The notes below the pieces were generated by a model. It saw only the letters and a list, made by a program, of their open reading frames with translations, made no database searches and was not told the origin of the DNA. Source: Potamilus streckersoni (taxonomy: Eukaryota). From it: 64,000 bases of DNA. Position 1 is the first letter of the stretch. Each line of letters begins with the position of its first letter. The stretch is from positions 2,554,807 through 2,618,806 of the forward strand of contig JAEAOA010000900.1 in the NCBI GenBank assembly GCA_016746295.1, written 5' to 3'. Shown here piece by piece: positions 39,944-54,471 of this stretch. A program made the translations under genes and the position numbers.

Positions 39944-42780
39944 GAACAACCATGAGCCGTTTAAATTTTGGGACTACACTTGGTTTGTTTCTATCTAGTC
40001 TGACAAAATGTTCTCTGCCTTTTATTTTTTTCTTCTTCAGTTTTTTAACATTACTGGTGGCGGTCAGGAAAAACAATGTGAAAAATTCCTTGCTAAAAGA
40101 CCAACAAATAAATTGCTGCTTTTCTTCCTGTGACATTTTTATTAATATGAAAAGTTAAATGCGGAGATCCACTTGTCAGTCTAATTTCTGTCAATACTTT
40201 AACCACAGGAGTCTGCTGTTTTATCAATAAAGCACGACGACATTTCTGACAATATGAAATCACCTTAACTGTATTATAATACTGTTAAGATGATTTCATG
40301 TCAGAAATGTCTTGCTTTCTTGATATAACTACAGACTCCTGTGGTTTATCTTACTAATCATGTCGATAAAATATGAACTATGCATATTTCCAAAGATACA
40401 CATAATCAGCTTTCCCTGGCTGGATTGGTACTTCGACTCCTTAAGTTCGAGGCTCTTAAAAAATCCGCAGCTCCAAACCCCCGGACCCCATTCCTCACTT
40501 TTAATTACGACAAGAAGCATGAACACTGTCATATTTCTCTTTCACTTTATCAAATGCACAAACTTAAATGAAATTAAATTCTTGACATACCATGTCTAGG
40601 ACATGAACGAACTGGAGAGGTGCTATTCCAATAATGTCATCCATTTGTTGTTTTTTTTTTTCTCCTTTCGTTTCCTGGCGAATGCTTACAACTGGTCTAA
40701 ACTGATCCAGTCGACAAAACACGGAACGCTTGTCAAAGTAAATACAAATCGTACTAAACACAACACTTTATTTGGTGCCACAAGAGAATTTGAACGAACA
40801 TGACGTCAATGTAATGTACATGCCGTGAACGTGACGCACTAGAAGAAAACTTCTGAATCATTTCTGTATTTATAAAGACTTACAAGTTGCAATGTAGGTT
40901 GAATATCGGTAATTAAACCAATTCAATAATAATACAATATATTTTTCTCTGGAGAGACGTTTTATAAAACCCGTGCGATAGACCTTGGTGTCTGAAGCGG
41001 ACAAGTAATTTTTCAAATAAATTTACCTAATTCAGAGAAAAGGAAGGCCATTGGTGTTTAATTTAAAAAAAAAAGACAAAAAGCACCCCCCACCTTCCCC
41101 AAAATAAAACAAACCTACTTACCCCAAACGAAACTCAAATGCCTCGTAAAACACAAGGTTCGTACCAAACAGGATATCATATAATCTGGGAGAGGTATAT
41201 TTGAGAAACTGCTCAGGTATTCCCCACCCACCCTCATATCGCTAAAGAAGCGGAAACGTTTCCAAGAATATGGCCTAAATTTTATTTACAGTTGGATAGC
41301 TAACAGTATGCGCAGGAAACACTTCAGTTGCAGGACACTTTATATTTTTCATACATTTTTTTTTCTACTAAAATGTTTCATGTGAAATGTTTGATATGTA
41401 ATAGTCTTAATTTATTCTCGTCTGTGTGTTTGTATCTCTTATCACGATTATGCTTGGTAGCGATTAGTGTTTGACAATTTACTTTTCGTTGTCTTATCCA
41501 CCTTGTCCCACAAGTTGGAGTTCTGTTACTGATTCCTCGTATCTCTCCATTGTGGTTCTTTCCATTTGTATATGTGTATATTTTACTTTTATATGTACTT
41601 GTTTGCTTGGTTTATTGTTTTGTTTGTTTTATTGTGAGGGGGAAGAGTGTGTCCTCTGAAAGACAGTTGTACAATTGACATGGCATCCAATAAAATTATG
41701 ACATTTTAATTTCACGACTTCATTTATAGAGGGGGAAACAAATATTTTTTGGAACTAATCTTTCTCGTGACCCGTGTTTCAGTACAGATATACTGGATCT
41801 AGTTTTAATCAACTATTTATTATAAACCGTATGTACTAGCTTGTATTTGGAACACAATTGCAAACCGAACGACCCATATCAGCCGTAGCATAAAGCGGAT
41901 CCAGCTCTACTTATTTTATTAGAAGTAATCAGTAGAACAGACAACATAATATACTGACCTGCCGGCACATTTGCGACGGCTGATCAGGGTCTGCCTTGTC
42001 TGTTGTTCACATTTGTATTGATATTAGTTACACCTCCTAAAAATATGCATATTTAAAAAAGAAGTCTCATGTTAGCACAAGAAAATCAAAATAACGTTTG
42101 AAAACATGCTAAATATATTTATTTGATTTAAACCACTTCTTAGCCATCTTCGTTAGACAAGGTTCCGATATGATAACCCTATCTATAGATAGGCTTATCT
42201 GTGTTTTGGGCCTGTGAATTCCAAGCTATCGCATCCAATCATAATTAACTTTTTCAAGTTTGAAGACTGTTCCTACACGATCGCGACAAGGGGAGCACAC
42301 GACTCGAATTGACTCTTTAAAAAAGCAATTTTCCACTGCCGGTACGTATTTGTGTAAATGCACTTCACTCAAATACACATATAATGGCTTTTCTCTGGTA
42401 TGTAATCATGCTTTCAATACAAAGTATCCTTTTTAATTTAATTACCTCCACCATTTTTCGGCCAATTTACAATGCACTGCTGTTACAAGCTATTGGTAAA
42501 TTGTCCTTACATAACATGAGAGGCAACTCATTAAATCCAATAGATGACATAGTACTACAATATTTGTTCGATCCGCCAAGGTGTAGATAAAGCTATCATA
42601 CCGAAACCTTGGCTATCGAAGATGCCTCGTGGCGTGTGTCGAAGGGGCGATTGTGCCATAACCAATAAATAAACAAAACACCTGAACTTGTAAAGTTTGG
42701 AAGCGGACAAGTAAAGTATCAGTCCGAGAATAATTAATCTAGTCTTTAAACATGCACAAACAACTACCATTAAAATTGCT

Positions 42781-42846
42781 ATAAAAAAGAAGGTGAAGTG
42801 ATTACATGTTCATGCTGAAGGAAGAATACGGCATAGGTAAGAACAT
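42781..42846 (+). promoter_or_regulatory. Candidate TATA box (tataaaaaaga) followed about 35 bp later by ATGTTCATGCTGAAGGAAGAATACGGCATAG|gtaaga. This could be the first coding exon of an unidentified plus-strand gene.
   Basis: A TATAAAA motif, an ATG in good context and a canonical GTAAGA donor 31 nt later, inside the CpG-richer block. The ORF is short. There is no homology support. Confidence 0.2.
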
Positions 42847-43857
42847 TTTGGATTTTGACTTGCATAATCCAAATAAAAATTAATATTTAAAAATCTAAAA
42901 TCACAAATATATTTTTGTATATAAAAAAGAGGAATGGTGTAAACTTAAAAAATGTCAGTATAAAATTAGTAGTCATTAAGTGGGGTTTTATATCCATCTG
43001 AATGCATCCTTTTCTCATTCTTTTCACGCTCCAGGTATTAAGTTTGCAAAGCCATACAAAAGATTCACATTTTCACGGTCATGTAAAGAAGCAAGTCAAA
43101 CAAGATGTATTCAGATAAAAACAACTTTAAAGCTATCTCTTCGAAATCAGTTTTGCGGTCTTTACTGGCATTTTTTGTGTGTCAAGTATGAAGACGAAAA
43201 CGAATTCGTTTCAGAATTTAATGGCTAACAATGACAACGTTGATAAAGTAAGGAATCGAAGTATACATATCAGCAACGTCACCACCATCTTCGGTAGCCA
43301 AAGTTCAGATGTGTTAACCCCATGAAAGTGTTATAGGAAAATGGGGTTCTGGCTACTAAGGAGTGTTTGTTTCGATTATCGCAGAAAAACCTCTTTAGGA
43401 AAAACAATTGGGGTTCTAGCTCACTTTTTATATAATGGAGTGAATCCTCATGGAACCATACGAGAGTAGTTTTGGTTAACGTTTGTGGGGTTCTGGCTCA
43501 CTTTGATTTTCTTAAAACGTCGTGTCCATGAGCGAGTGTATGATTGCCATCGGTGGGGTATCGTTTATCATCACAAGGGCATAGTCCTTTTTTATTTGTG
43601 TGGTGGAGATCTGATGCCGTTGTAAGCGGGGAAAGTTCTCATGGTGCAGTACTGGAGATGTCGATGCAGAGACTGTGTGTAATGTTGGTAAGTTGTTACT
43701 TTGGCAGTGAAAAGTTGTTGTTTGTTTTTTACTCTTTCGTCTTTTTCATGAGGTTCCGTCGTCGTTTGTGATGCCGCACATTTTGGATCGAGTCATATGA
43801 ATTCCTTGATTAGTTCTCCACAAATTTCGTCCTTAAACTTTCCAAGCACTTTTGATA

Positions 43858-44178
43858 TTAGCTACGATGTCGTAGCCTCAACTTGTTGTCTTGCGGTTGA
43901 GTTAAACATACGTCAGTCATGCTTGTCCACGCGATGCTCCTTGCACTTTGATTAGCGTCAGTTCGCTGTTCACATGTACCTGATTTCGTAAGACTGGCGA
44001 TGTCTTCGTGGAGCGATTTTTGGTGATGAAAGTACATGTCCATCGCAAAAACCTCGTTGTCACACATTTTCACTATATTGATGATCGTAGATTCGAATCG
44101 GCTAAGGGCCGTGCACTCATTGTCTACCATGTCCAGAATGATTTCGTCCATGGCTCTCATTTCACTTATCAGTAACAT
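43858..44178 (-). pseudogene. Decayed ORF of an unidentified transposable element, paralogous to 47616-47852.
   Basis: ...MDEIILDMVDNECTALSRFESTIINIVKMCDNEVF... versus ...MLDKLVDEFARETTQQMICQRILTNNISEAGTF... share the pattern LD.(L/M)VDE.....(Q/S)..I...I. The surrounding block is CpG-richer. Subterminal ggggttctggct repeats lie at 43330-43500. Confidence 0.3.
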
Positions 44179-47100
44179 TATCTCTAAAGGAGCACCAAGC
44201 AGATTGGATTTGATTTAATTTAAGCATTTTTCATAGGTCAGAATAGCCTACTTGGTGCTGTTTATCTTGGCTTTCAAACGCGGATCTGGAAGTTTCATCA
44301 TTATCTGCATGGCAAGTCCACCTCCAGATAAAATCAGCATCATCGAATTTGCAGAGCTCCAGTGGAAATGACTCCCGTAGATGTCATGATAAACGGAATA
44401 ATTCAAATAACTCTCACGATGCGCTTGTAACGACTGTATGTGTGTTTATAGTCGTAAGCTATCAGGTGCTATCAAGACTAAATCTCTTTTGATCTGATTC
44501 ATCTAGTTTAATTTCACAGGATCCGCAAGCATCTCTGGAGTCATTTGCAGATTAACATACTCCAGTTACTTGTAAGATCTATCAGCGTTAGCCAGTCAGA
44601 TCTGTCTGACTTACTCATCATTGTGGTGATAATTGCAAATGTAATAGAAAGCAGTAGCTATTTTGTTCAACACTCCTGTTTATTTTTTAATAAGCTGATA
44701 TCTCGGGGATGATAAAAGTATCCAGACCAGTGAACGTCATGATATACATGTATTTGCTGTTGTATTTTTATCGATCATTTATTTTCTCAAGCAGATCCAG
44801 AGAGGCGACTGGATGATTAACAAAGTATCCTTTGGGGATAACATCACTATCCTTAAGAACATACCCACGCTTGTTTTTAATCTGTTCCTGCTTAAAACTC
44901 TCTAAGTACTTGTACGCCTTCACAGCTAGATCTAGATGAACTTTTCATTGCTCTCTATTCATGATAATGTAAAAAAAAATGCTTCTGTAGCTTTATGAAT
45001 TTCTAGCATTCTAGACTTCTTTATGTCATCATTCTTCCATTGTTTATGTGCCTTTTTTGAGATAATGTACCCGAATTTCTCACTTCGTTGAGGTTCTTGT
45101 GTACTCCCGACATCTTCCTCATCACGTGCTGGTCATTGTTACCTAAGACTCAGCCTGTCTGTACTCATCGTCAAATAGCAACCAGATATACCAGATAGTT
45201 CTGTGGTGACGAGCACGATTTCCACCATGCTGTACATTAAATTATCCAGAGTAAAAATCTGAAAGTAGCTCAAGCCAGGATCTGTAGAGATTTTGCCGTC
45301 AGTCCTACAAATTTAAAAGTCACATACTTGGTATGGGCAATCGTCATCGATAACTCAAAGTAGATTATTTAAAATCACTGTCACAACATATCAGCACTTG
45401 TATCTGTCATAATGCTATCGATTCCCAAGATGAGCACGCGCTCTGATCCTGTCTAACATCCACGCAGCTCAAATTTCCAGATTGATCATTGACAGGCTTA
45501 ATTCTCACCAGGACAAGTACAACAGTTTGCACGAGTTCGGAAGCGCAGTGGCATACACTGATGCTGTCAGAGACACCGTCGCCAGAGACATTCTCTCCCG
45601 AGATGTGTTTACGATTGCAGATCCAGACGATATTCAGCCTGTGAAAGAACTTTATTCAGATCTGCACAAAATCATCGTGTTTGTGACATTCAAATCGATG
45701 GAGAAAACATAAATACAAGTATGCAAGTATTTGTCATTGTCTAGACACAAACATTGTAACGGCATTTATTTAACTCAGTTATACTACGATGTTCCCATAT
45801 ACATCCGACGAAACACAGTTGTGTTCACTCTTTTCTGTTATTTATTTTAAGATCCTAGACTCGTAACAATCAAAAGCTCGTCAACTCTGATCAGCATCGC
45901 ATTTTGCACTAAGACTTTATATAGATGAATAGCTCTCAGCGATACAACGTTGTTGTTCGACTCCAAATCAGTCACCTTTAACGTAGAGAAATTCTGAGCG
46001 ATCTTTGTGGTATATTGATGGCAGTTTTTATAATGATATCTATTTTCTCCGCCTCATTCGTCTTAAGTATCGGAAACCCATAAAGAGAAATGATGAAGAG
46101 TATTGGTTCTAAAAAACATTTTTTTTACACATACCCACCGAGGAACATGCCACAGTTATGACAGGGATATAATTAGGGTTCTTTAATAGAATTTTAGCCA
46201 TTTCGACGACGGACACAAAAGTAAGAAATGTGAATAACGAGTGGTTCGGAAACATTCATTCAAAATAGATGAATTCCACGTGATGGTTTCGTTTCTTTTC
46301 CTTGCTGTTGTTTTCAATGTGATAAAATAGTTCCTCTTGTTGCTTGAAATTTTTATGAATGTAACACTGCCGATAATTATGTTAATTATTTTCTGGACAA
46401 ATATGAAAATCTTTCGAATTGGACGAACATAATAAACACGCTTTAAACAATAATTAATAATTAACAAGGACTTTTTTCTGCTTCATTTGATTTCGGTCGT
46501 AACACAGTTGACCCGCAAATGTTCGTCTGCAGGATCACAGGAACACAAAGTCTCGACTTGGCGACAACTCTTTATACACTGAAAATTTTGCTTTTGTTTG
46601 ACAAACGTTTCTGTCGCATTTATAACTATAACAGATGTATCTGAGAAATCATTTGATCCTGGAAATGGCGTTAAAATAACTTGGTGATGACAGATGCAAA
46701 TATATTTTCCGCCTGGAAAATTGGGTCCCAAAAACAGACTATTCAAGCTTTATTTTACAAGCATAATGTATCGCACTATATATAGAGACCATAGTAGATA
46801 TTGATCAGTTCGACATAGACTTTCAACTGACGAAGACGGAAGGAAAACAAAGGAGCATCCTTCTGTTGAGAAATTGACTGAGGATGGTTAGAAAATGCAC
46901 AGCATTCAACAAGACCTAGGAGGACACTCAATACTACAACCTAGATCCCGAGACAAAAGTAAAGATACTTGTTATGCAGTGCCGGATTTAGGACAAATGG
47001 GGCCCAGTGCCTGTTAAGTTATGAGGCCCCTTAAATGAAAAGTTCATCGTAGAGTTTGGGGGTGGGGTGGGAGAGGTTGCCAAAAAGATGGGCCCCTGAC

Positions 47101-47615
47101 CAACAGGTGCCTTGTGCTTAAGCACACATAAGCGCAATGGTAAATCTGGTACTGTTGTTATGCATGTCAAGAGAAGGGACACAGGCCTACAGAATGTCCA
47201 CATCCGTCAAAAGAGAATGAACCTTTTAGACGGGAGATCTGACATGCAGAGACAAAAGTAAATATGCCCTTTATCTTTTCAGAGAGAGTATTTGTCTTCA
47301 GAGTGGTCAAAAAGGAAAGTTTAGGAAGAGAAAAAAGGATGAAAAAGATATTTCAGAAGAAATACAACATAAAATGCTATAAAACAATATAATGTACTCA
47401 TTGGAAAATACTACTTTAGAAAACCTCAAATAACGAGTTGTTCGCGGGGAAGCCATCAAGCTTCCGCAATCTAATAACAGGCCAGCTACGATAAAAAGGA
47501 AGGACGCTGGTGCGATCTCGTATATATAGTGTGGGACTGCTCCTTTGTAATTGGCGCCGAAAGAATTCATACAATTCTGGTTTTCTTAATGTGAACGTGA
47601 TCTTCGATGTAACTT

Positions 47616-47852
47616 TTAGGATTGTATTTGCAACTTCATTGTAGCAGTGATTTCGCCTAGCATGTAGAGCGCTTCAGAACTTATGATCGGTGTACGAACT
47701 TTGTTCGTCGTATGGAGATCTTTAAAGAGTTTGTACACTGACAAGAGAAACGTCCCCGCCTCTGAAATGTTGTTGGTGAGTATCCGCTGACAAATCATCT
47801 GCTGCGTTGTTTCCCGCGCAAACTCATCAACGAGCTTATCTAACATGTCCAC
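47616..47852 (-). pseudogene. Second decayed copy of the same unidentified element ORF.
   Basis: See 43858-44178. Confidence 0.3.
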
Positions 47853-48414
47853 GATTTAATGGAATGTGGTCGCACAATCATCGATACTTCCACCTGAGTA
47901 TTCTTTTTCTTCTTGTGGTTTACTGAGTCGATTTTATATTTTTCAGAATTTGCGCGAAATTACTTCCATTCAACACCTCTTACCGAATGCTTTTTAGATT
48001 TCTTTCGATAACCCACTTAACACAATTATCAGACGCTGCATAGTTGGTACATGTTTTATATTATGGCCCGTTAGATAATATTTTTAGACAGGGAAAGCAA
48101 GGGCCGAGTTTTACAACATCCTCTTCAATCGTTTCGAGTCCAAGCTTGTTTAATATATTAGGATGTGGTGGCTTGGATGGCGCATTTGCTTTAGTCTCTT
48201 CTTCATGGGCCACAGCCACAAAGCGAAAAAAATTCAATCGACCCTGAGCAGCTTATCGCGATGGTCAGCATCACTGACTGTAGCCATCAAATGCATCAAA
48301 TGAGTATGTTGAAATTATCACGATGTTTGTATAGTCCACCGGTCAAGTCGATCGTGAGGAAACTATACGACTTCTAGATGGCTTCTGTGAACATATTCTA
48401 AAATTTATCCCGCG

Positions 48415-48665
48415 AGTTGTTGTTGTTGTTGGGCATAACGCCATTTTTCAGTACACGATAGGCTATTCATGGCGGCCAGTATTAATGTTGGAGGAAGAAA
48501 CCGGGAAATCACCGGAAAGAACCACCGACCCACGAGAAGCTACTGGCAAGCTTTCTCACATATCAACATTCGCCGAATCCTAGACTCGAACTCACGCAGA
48601 CAGAGGTGAGATGGCAATGATCCGTAACGGACAGCGCTTTAGACCACTCGGCCAAAAGCACACCA
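48415..48665 (-). mobile_element. SINE family 2 copy.
   Basis: Reverse complement of 18977-19240. The (GTT)n run at 48415-48432 corresponds to the (CAA)n tail. Confidence 0.8.
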
Positions 48666-51616
48666 TGATCAGGGAATATTTGCGAGACAATGCGCGTCAA
48701 TACCACGAAATATCGTTAATATGTTACAGCTTTCTCAGAGTACTTTGTATGATATAGATAACTTCTGTGTTGTGTCGATCTCAGGAAAATATTCTCGTAT
48801 GTTAGTCTTGGTCTTAAAGCATGATATTATCGTAAACGACAAGATTATCCTCACTTACAACAAAGTTGTCAATGGCAGAAACTTCATTAATTGCTGAAAA
48901 ATAAATCAACGGTGGAATGCTTTTTTGGAATTAAAAACTCGTTTGTAACGATGTAGAATCCATAAATTTTGTCGTTGGAGAAGCTTGTCTGAAAGATTGT
49001 CTATACCGATATATATTATAGAAATTTAAAATTACTGAATTTATTTCATGATGTTTTCATGGATTTACTATGGGAACTGAATTAGTATCGCGTGTCCATA
49101 AGGCGTCCGAGTCTTGAAAAGAAGTGCGCGGTTCCTTCCCAACATCTGCTTCAATAGCGTGTCGGTGTACAAAACAGTTTTAACTCTGCTAGCATCTGCA
49201 CTATGTAACCGTCTAGTACATATGAGACATATAAAAACTAAGCAATCAAAATGCACCTATTTAATTATTTTGAATGTTTATTTGTTTCCTAATGAAAATA
49301 ACATTTATAATGCCAAAAAGGGACGATGTTTTAACTTCTGAAGCATTAAAGGAATGTTGTAATTTTACTGGAAATCTTTTGAGACGTAATCTCCACCTCT
49401 TTGTCTTCAGACATTAAGGAAGATGCACACCAACAAAGCCTAAAAAATACCCTCCTACCCCAACTTCCCTATTAAGGAATCATATATCCCAAAGGACAAC
49501 CTTTGTATCCTTCATATTTTACATTTGTTCATGTGCTATTGAAATCATTACTAAAGGTGATAAATTACATTTATTCTAAAACATCTCACAACTTGAAATT
49601 CCATATCGGATTCCCAATTATCTACTAATCAAGTGAGAAAAATATTTTTCAAATATTTATCTTGGAGTAAAACTGCAAGAGAGAAAGCCGGGATGGTGGG
49701 GTTCGGCTTCCATATCGGCCTCTGTAAATGAAAACGGTGAATGGATGACCATATGTTAGAATCATGGCTCAAATCCTGGATATACAGTTAAACAATCAGT
49801 AGCGAAAACCGGGTCAATCGAAATCCCCTAAAGATCGAAATTTGTGTTTTGTTTAGAAGTTTATCTATAATATCATCCTCATTTTCAGCTGGGTAAACAA
49901 AATTTCCTTTAATCTGAAAACAGAAACATTTTCGGTACAAACTTGAAGTGCCTTTTATTCGGATCGATTGACCCATTACTCTTATGTTTAAGAACCGATG
50001 CTGAAACTGTAGGATACGCCAAGTTTAATGACGAGTCGATCTTTAAGCTAATCGGAAATATGTAGTTGTATGTAATAAAATAACGTATAAGTCAAATTTT
50101 CTAACTGAATTTATCTAAACTGACCTCTCAGTTGAAAATGTCATCATGTCAATCAGTTTTCGCTGGACAGACATTCCTTTAGTGCTTGCCTTGACCGATC
50201 ACCCCCAACTCACCTCACCCCGCGTTGGTTCGAGTCGTGTGCGGAAAAATGTCGTAAAATCCACAGCAACAATAGATATTCCTGCTGTACATTCAGTTTA
50301 GCCAGACATGTGTAAACACTTAACTGGTTGCATTTGTTTTGCAAGTAAATTTTGTTGTGGAACAAATTTTTTTCATACAAACGAGTGGGTCACGTAAAAT
50401 TCGAAATCTTTTGCAATGAAGAACGTTTCATTACATAAATTTATTTTGTTAGTGGTTTGAAACACATATTTGAAATAAATAGCTATGCTTATAGAGTCGA
50501 ACATTCCTTTAAAATATTATAGGTCAATTTTTCCAAATGCTTGATGGTCGTATAATTTGAAGCGGGTCCAAGAGAAAGAGAGCAAATTACACTTGTGTGC
50601 TTTTTTATATCACAAAACTAATCTACGATATATTAACTCTCGTTGGTTATGTTTGATCATCACGTAATCGCTGTAAACTTGCTTCTGATATAGACATAAG
50701 CTTTCAATTAAAAGACTATAATGTCGTCTGGTATAGAAAGAGCTACTTTTGTATAACCAAAACGTGTTTGTGTCATGGCATGATCATTTTACCATATACT
50801 TGTTTTACACGTAAACGTGATGGAAAATTTGTTGAAAGCTAACTTTAACAGAAACACTGTTTCATTGTAAAGAAACTAACATGTTGTCGAAAAGACTAGT
50901 GCCTCTTCCAACTCTGAGCACATATAAGTCAATTTCTTTTCTTGTCCGTCAAGGGCTATTTTTGTAGTGGTGATGGAAGGTCTATTCTGAAATATACGCA
51001 CTGACTCGAAGTATACAAACAATTTCGACTTTGGTTCAAAAGCGGAAAAATAAGTAAATAGAAAATAAATAAATAAATAAATAAATAAATAAAGGTACTG
51101 AACGACTAAGGCTTACTTCTAAGACCCATTATATGGTATTTATTTTTGAATCGCATATTTTTGTAATTCCTTACTGTATCAGTTGTGTATTGCTTAGCAA
51201 AGGACTTTCATATCCACTCTCATCATCGTGTCCTCCCAGGTCCCTTCCCGGTCTTAATCTATTAACTAAATGATTACTTTAACAGAGCAGATTGTAATAG
51301 GCTAAGGTCATGCAGACAAGATACCTAAGGGCCCAATGATCTAATTTTTGGAGGTGTCGGGTACTTTTTGTTTTAAACCGGAGTATTTTTTATTTAGTCC
51401 CAAGATAATTAAAACTAATAAAATGGTATATAGTGTTTGTTTCACAAATCAGAGCAGGAAAACTGTTGAGGCTCTTTGGAAGCCTGAACCGAAATTAAAT
51501 TACAAAATAAATGTCAGAGCCACCACCACCACCCAAAAAAATAACACCCAATTAAATCATCAGTGGAAAAATTGGCATTTCTACTCCATAAGTCGATGGA
51601 AGTAGTGAAAGTATGG

Positions 51617-51748
<132 letters not shown>

Positions 51749-51883
51749 AGCCAGCTTGTTATATTTCGTGTTTATTCGCAAAGTCAAAACAAATCTCACA
51801 AATCTGCAGGTAGCAACTAACTGTGACAATAACAACCAAAGCATACATGTTAATATATTTGAAAAAGGGTAGTAAGAGATTAA

Positions 51884-52144
51884 TTAATAAACGAGGGCTC
51901 TATCACCCCTCTTGACTTTTTCCTGTTTTGCATTGTTCACTTTGTTCTCAACAGCTCTGATATGATGTATTCTATTCATATAGTTCGGTGTCATTCTTGT
52001 AATCATTTTGTAAGCCTGCCAGATTCCCTTTCTCTCGCCGGTAGAGGGCAGACTTGTACCGATAATATTAAATTCGTTGTGTTTGTGGATATCGACTCCC
52101 ATGGCCCTAAAAACATCTTCTGGTGGTATTGCTGAGCGACAATC
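51884..52144 (-). CDS. ARF-like GTPase terminal exon: DCRSAIPPEDVFRAMGVDIHKHNEFNIIGTSLPSTGERKGIWQAYKMITRMTPNYMNRIHHIRAVENKVNNAKQEKVKRGDRALVY*.
   Basis: The acceptor is ttgtattttaaatag|GAT, in phase 0. The stop is TAA at 51884-51886. Compare ARF1 [45 protein letters not shown]. Confidence 0.75.
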   Translation of the reverse strand, partial: DCRSAIPPEDVFRAMGVDIHKHNEFNIIGTSLPSTGERKGIWQAYKMITRMTPNYMNRIHHIRAVENKVNNAKQEKVKRGDRALVY

Positions 52145-52807
52145 CTATTTAAAATACAATAAATATACTTGACATTGCCATAAGGCAAACCATTTTGTGA
52201 GCAGCTGGTCTTTAGTTAGTAACTGTAACATCATTTATTGGATAAATAGCATCAGGTCTAAAAAAAACTATTTAGCATTTCACAAGCATTTTTAATATCT
52301 TTTTCTTTCATATACAAATGATTTTGAAGATAAATTATTACAAAGATATTTTCGGCAAACTTAAAGCATTTTTGTACAAAAATTTCCTTGAAAACCGGAC
52401 TACTTGTGTGAGGAAAGCATAATGTTAGAGGACCGAACGATCCTTTTGATGAATATAACCCTCATTGGAAAGATAGGGATAATGTGACCTTTTCCCACAA
52501 ACGAGTAACTTTTCAAGAAAATATCTACTGTCTTCCGAAATAAAGTTAGTTGTTTCTTGAAGGAAATTTAATTCTTATTCATCTTAGCGAAAAATCACAT
52601 TCATTAAAAGGTTGTACACTTTTAGATTTCCTTCATCGCATTATTTTTCATTAATAAATTAAACTTTTTCGCTGCCAAATAAAATAAAGACTATAACGAA
52701 AGAATTAGTATCTCCGTGTGAAGAAATGTTTATGAACATTGTACTCTCTACACAAAGGAACAAGAAACAAAGAATGTAAGGCTAAATTATGTATCTGCAA
52801 CCGTTAC

Positions 52808-52989
52808 CTGCTTGCTGGCAATGATAATGACAGGTAAACCTCTCGTTTCTGGATGACGTAAAAAGCGGTGAAGGGCACATCGAGATTCAAAAAAGCGTTC
52901 AGCTGCGCTGGAATCCACCACCCATACCACAACATCAATGTCCAGCAAAAATTCTCTCCAATAGCTCCGACCATCTACGGCGCCACCAA
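52808..52989 (-). CDS. ARF-like GTPase exon with switch II and G4: (V)GGAVDGRSYWREFLLDIDVVVWVVDSSAAERFFESRCALHRFLRHPETRGLPVIIIASKQ.
   Basis: The acceptor is tttctacag|TT, which completes GTT (Val) with the G from the previous exon. The donor is CAG|gtaacg. Pattern compared with the ARF family: WDVGGQ..W..YF....IFVVDS.DR......EL..L......PVLVFANKQD. Confidence 0.8.
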
Positions 52990-53319
52990 CTGTAGAAAGT
53001 TCAGAAGACATATCAGTTAACTAAATAGATGACCCCATACTCTTCAAACTTTTAAATAGAAACTCGACCTTAATACATCGCTTAACTTGAGCCTAGCATC
53101 TCACTTACCTTGAATGCAGCGAACACAATAGTTGACAACTGGTAAATGAATAGACTTCCGCTCGGAAGTTCATGTGAATCTTTTTGGTCAACAAAATACA
53201 GCGACGTTCTATCCGATTCAAATGACCAAAGCAATTGAACTTTCAAATATGTGAAGCGGAAGTCGCATCTAATTAACTAGTGTCGTATTATGCATTAGAA
53301 GTTTAAATAACAAAAACTT

Positions 53320-53980
53320 ACAGTTTTCCTCACTGGTTTTACTGACTTTTAAAAAGACCTTGTATATCTTAGGTATTGTTAAAAGAACATTTAATTTCCT
53401 TTGGTTTGGTGTATGATAGATTGGTGTAGTATGGGTTATAGAGTAAGCAGCTTGGCCTTACTTCAGTTGTGCACCTTTGGGGGTGGGGGAAAACAACTGT
53501 TAGTACCACTAGGTCATTTCTACTTCATGGTGGAAAATTGTAAATGAAAGAGCCGATACATTTTTTTTTACATTGTATATATTTCTAAATTCCGTCATGA
53601 CACCTTCAGAAGCTGGTATTTTCTGGGTTTTTTAAAATACTGTTTTAAGAACTGTAAACTTTAGACTAAGTCAGGTCCACTTTTGAGCACATGGGAGCAG
53701 TCATTTGGGTTAGATGTCTGTTTAGATCATATACAATTTCCACAAGTAAAATATTCAAGAAAATTGCATCCACCGTACATGAAATTAACATAGAGGTACT
53801 CCAACATTATCTCCATTATGCATGTTGCGAATGTGAACAATTTCACCTTACACCTGTCACTCTTTCAGAAGTTCATCATGTCTGCAGAGCCCACCCGACC
53901 CCCTTAATAACGCAAATCCTTATTTTAGGAATTTGGCATTTTCGTACACCCTTTGAATTCACATATATCTAAAAATGTTT
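53320..53980 (+). mobile_element. Second, shorter copy of the same integrase-derived element, zinc-finger region only. It lies inside ARL intron 1.
   Basis: It is about 80-85% identical to 58690-59330. The two copies share the same 5' boundary, ...tttcctcactRgtt.tactg.... The ORF at 53691-53972 parallels the ORF at 59054-59260. Confidence 0.6.
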
Positions 53981-54132
53981 TAATATCTTTACCGTTTAAC
54001 TTTTGCACAGTAGGAGTAAACGTTGCGTTTTTTGGAAGAGTTTATCTCCCAAAGGTGTTTAAACAATATTTACATTTAAATTTTTTGCTTTAATCAGCTC
54101 TGTACTACCATCATTGTGTTGATGTACCGTTA

Positions 54133-54180
54133 ACATACATACATACATACATACATACATACATACATACATACACACAT
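54133..54180. repeat. (ACAT)n microsatellite.
   Basis: Read directly. Confidence 0.9.
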
Positions 54181-54407
54181 ACATGCTGCCACAGTGGTAT
54201 TCTTAGAATAAACGGATATTTCTGTTCTTGCGTGAAAAGTTGTTAAAAGAAACCTAAGAATGTAATTCGAACCATTATTACTTTTACTGAGTATCTCTGA
54301 AAATGTTTTTAAGTGCGATAATTTATGGAATGCAATATGGTGTGAAATTTGAGAGACTGGTCGTCCTGTTTTAATTTACAGAATTTACAAAATATCATTA
54401 ATCAATA

Positions 54408-54408
54408 A

Positions 54409-54470
<62 letters not shown>
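54408..54470. repeat. (AAAT)n microsatellite that starts 8 nt into ARL intron 1.
   Basis: Read directly. It begins immediately after the donor gtaagc. Confidence 0.95.
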
Positions 54471-54471
<1 letters not shown>

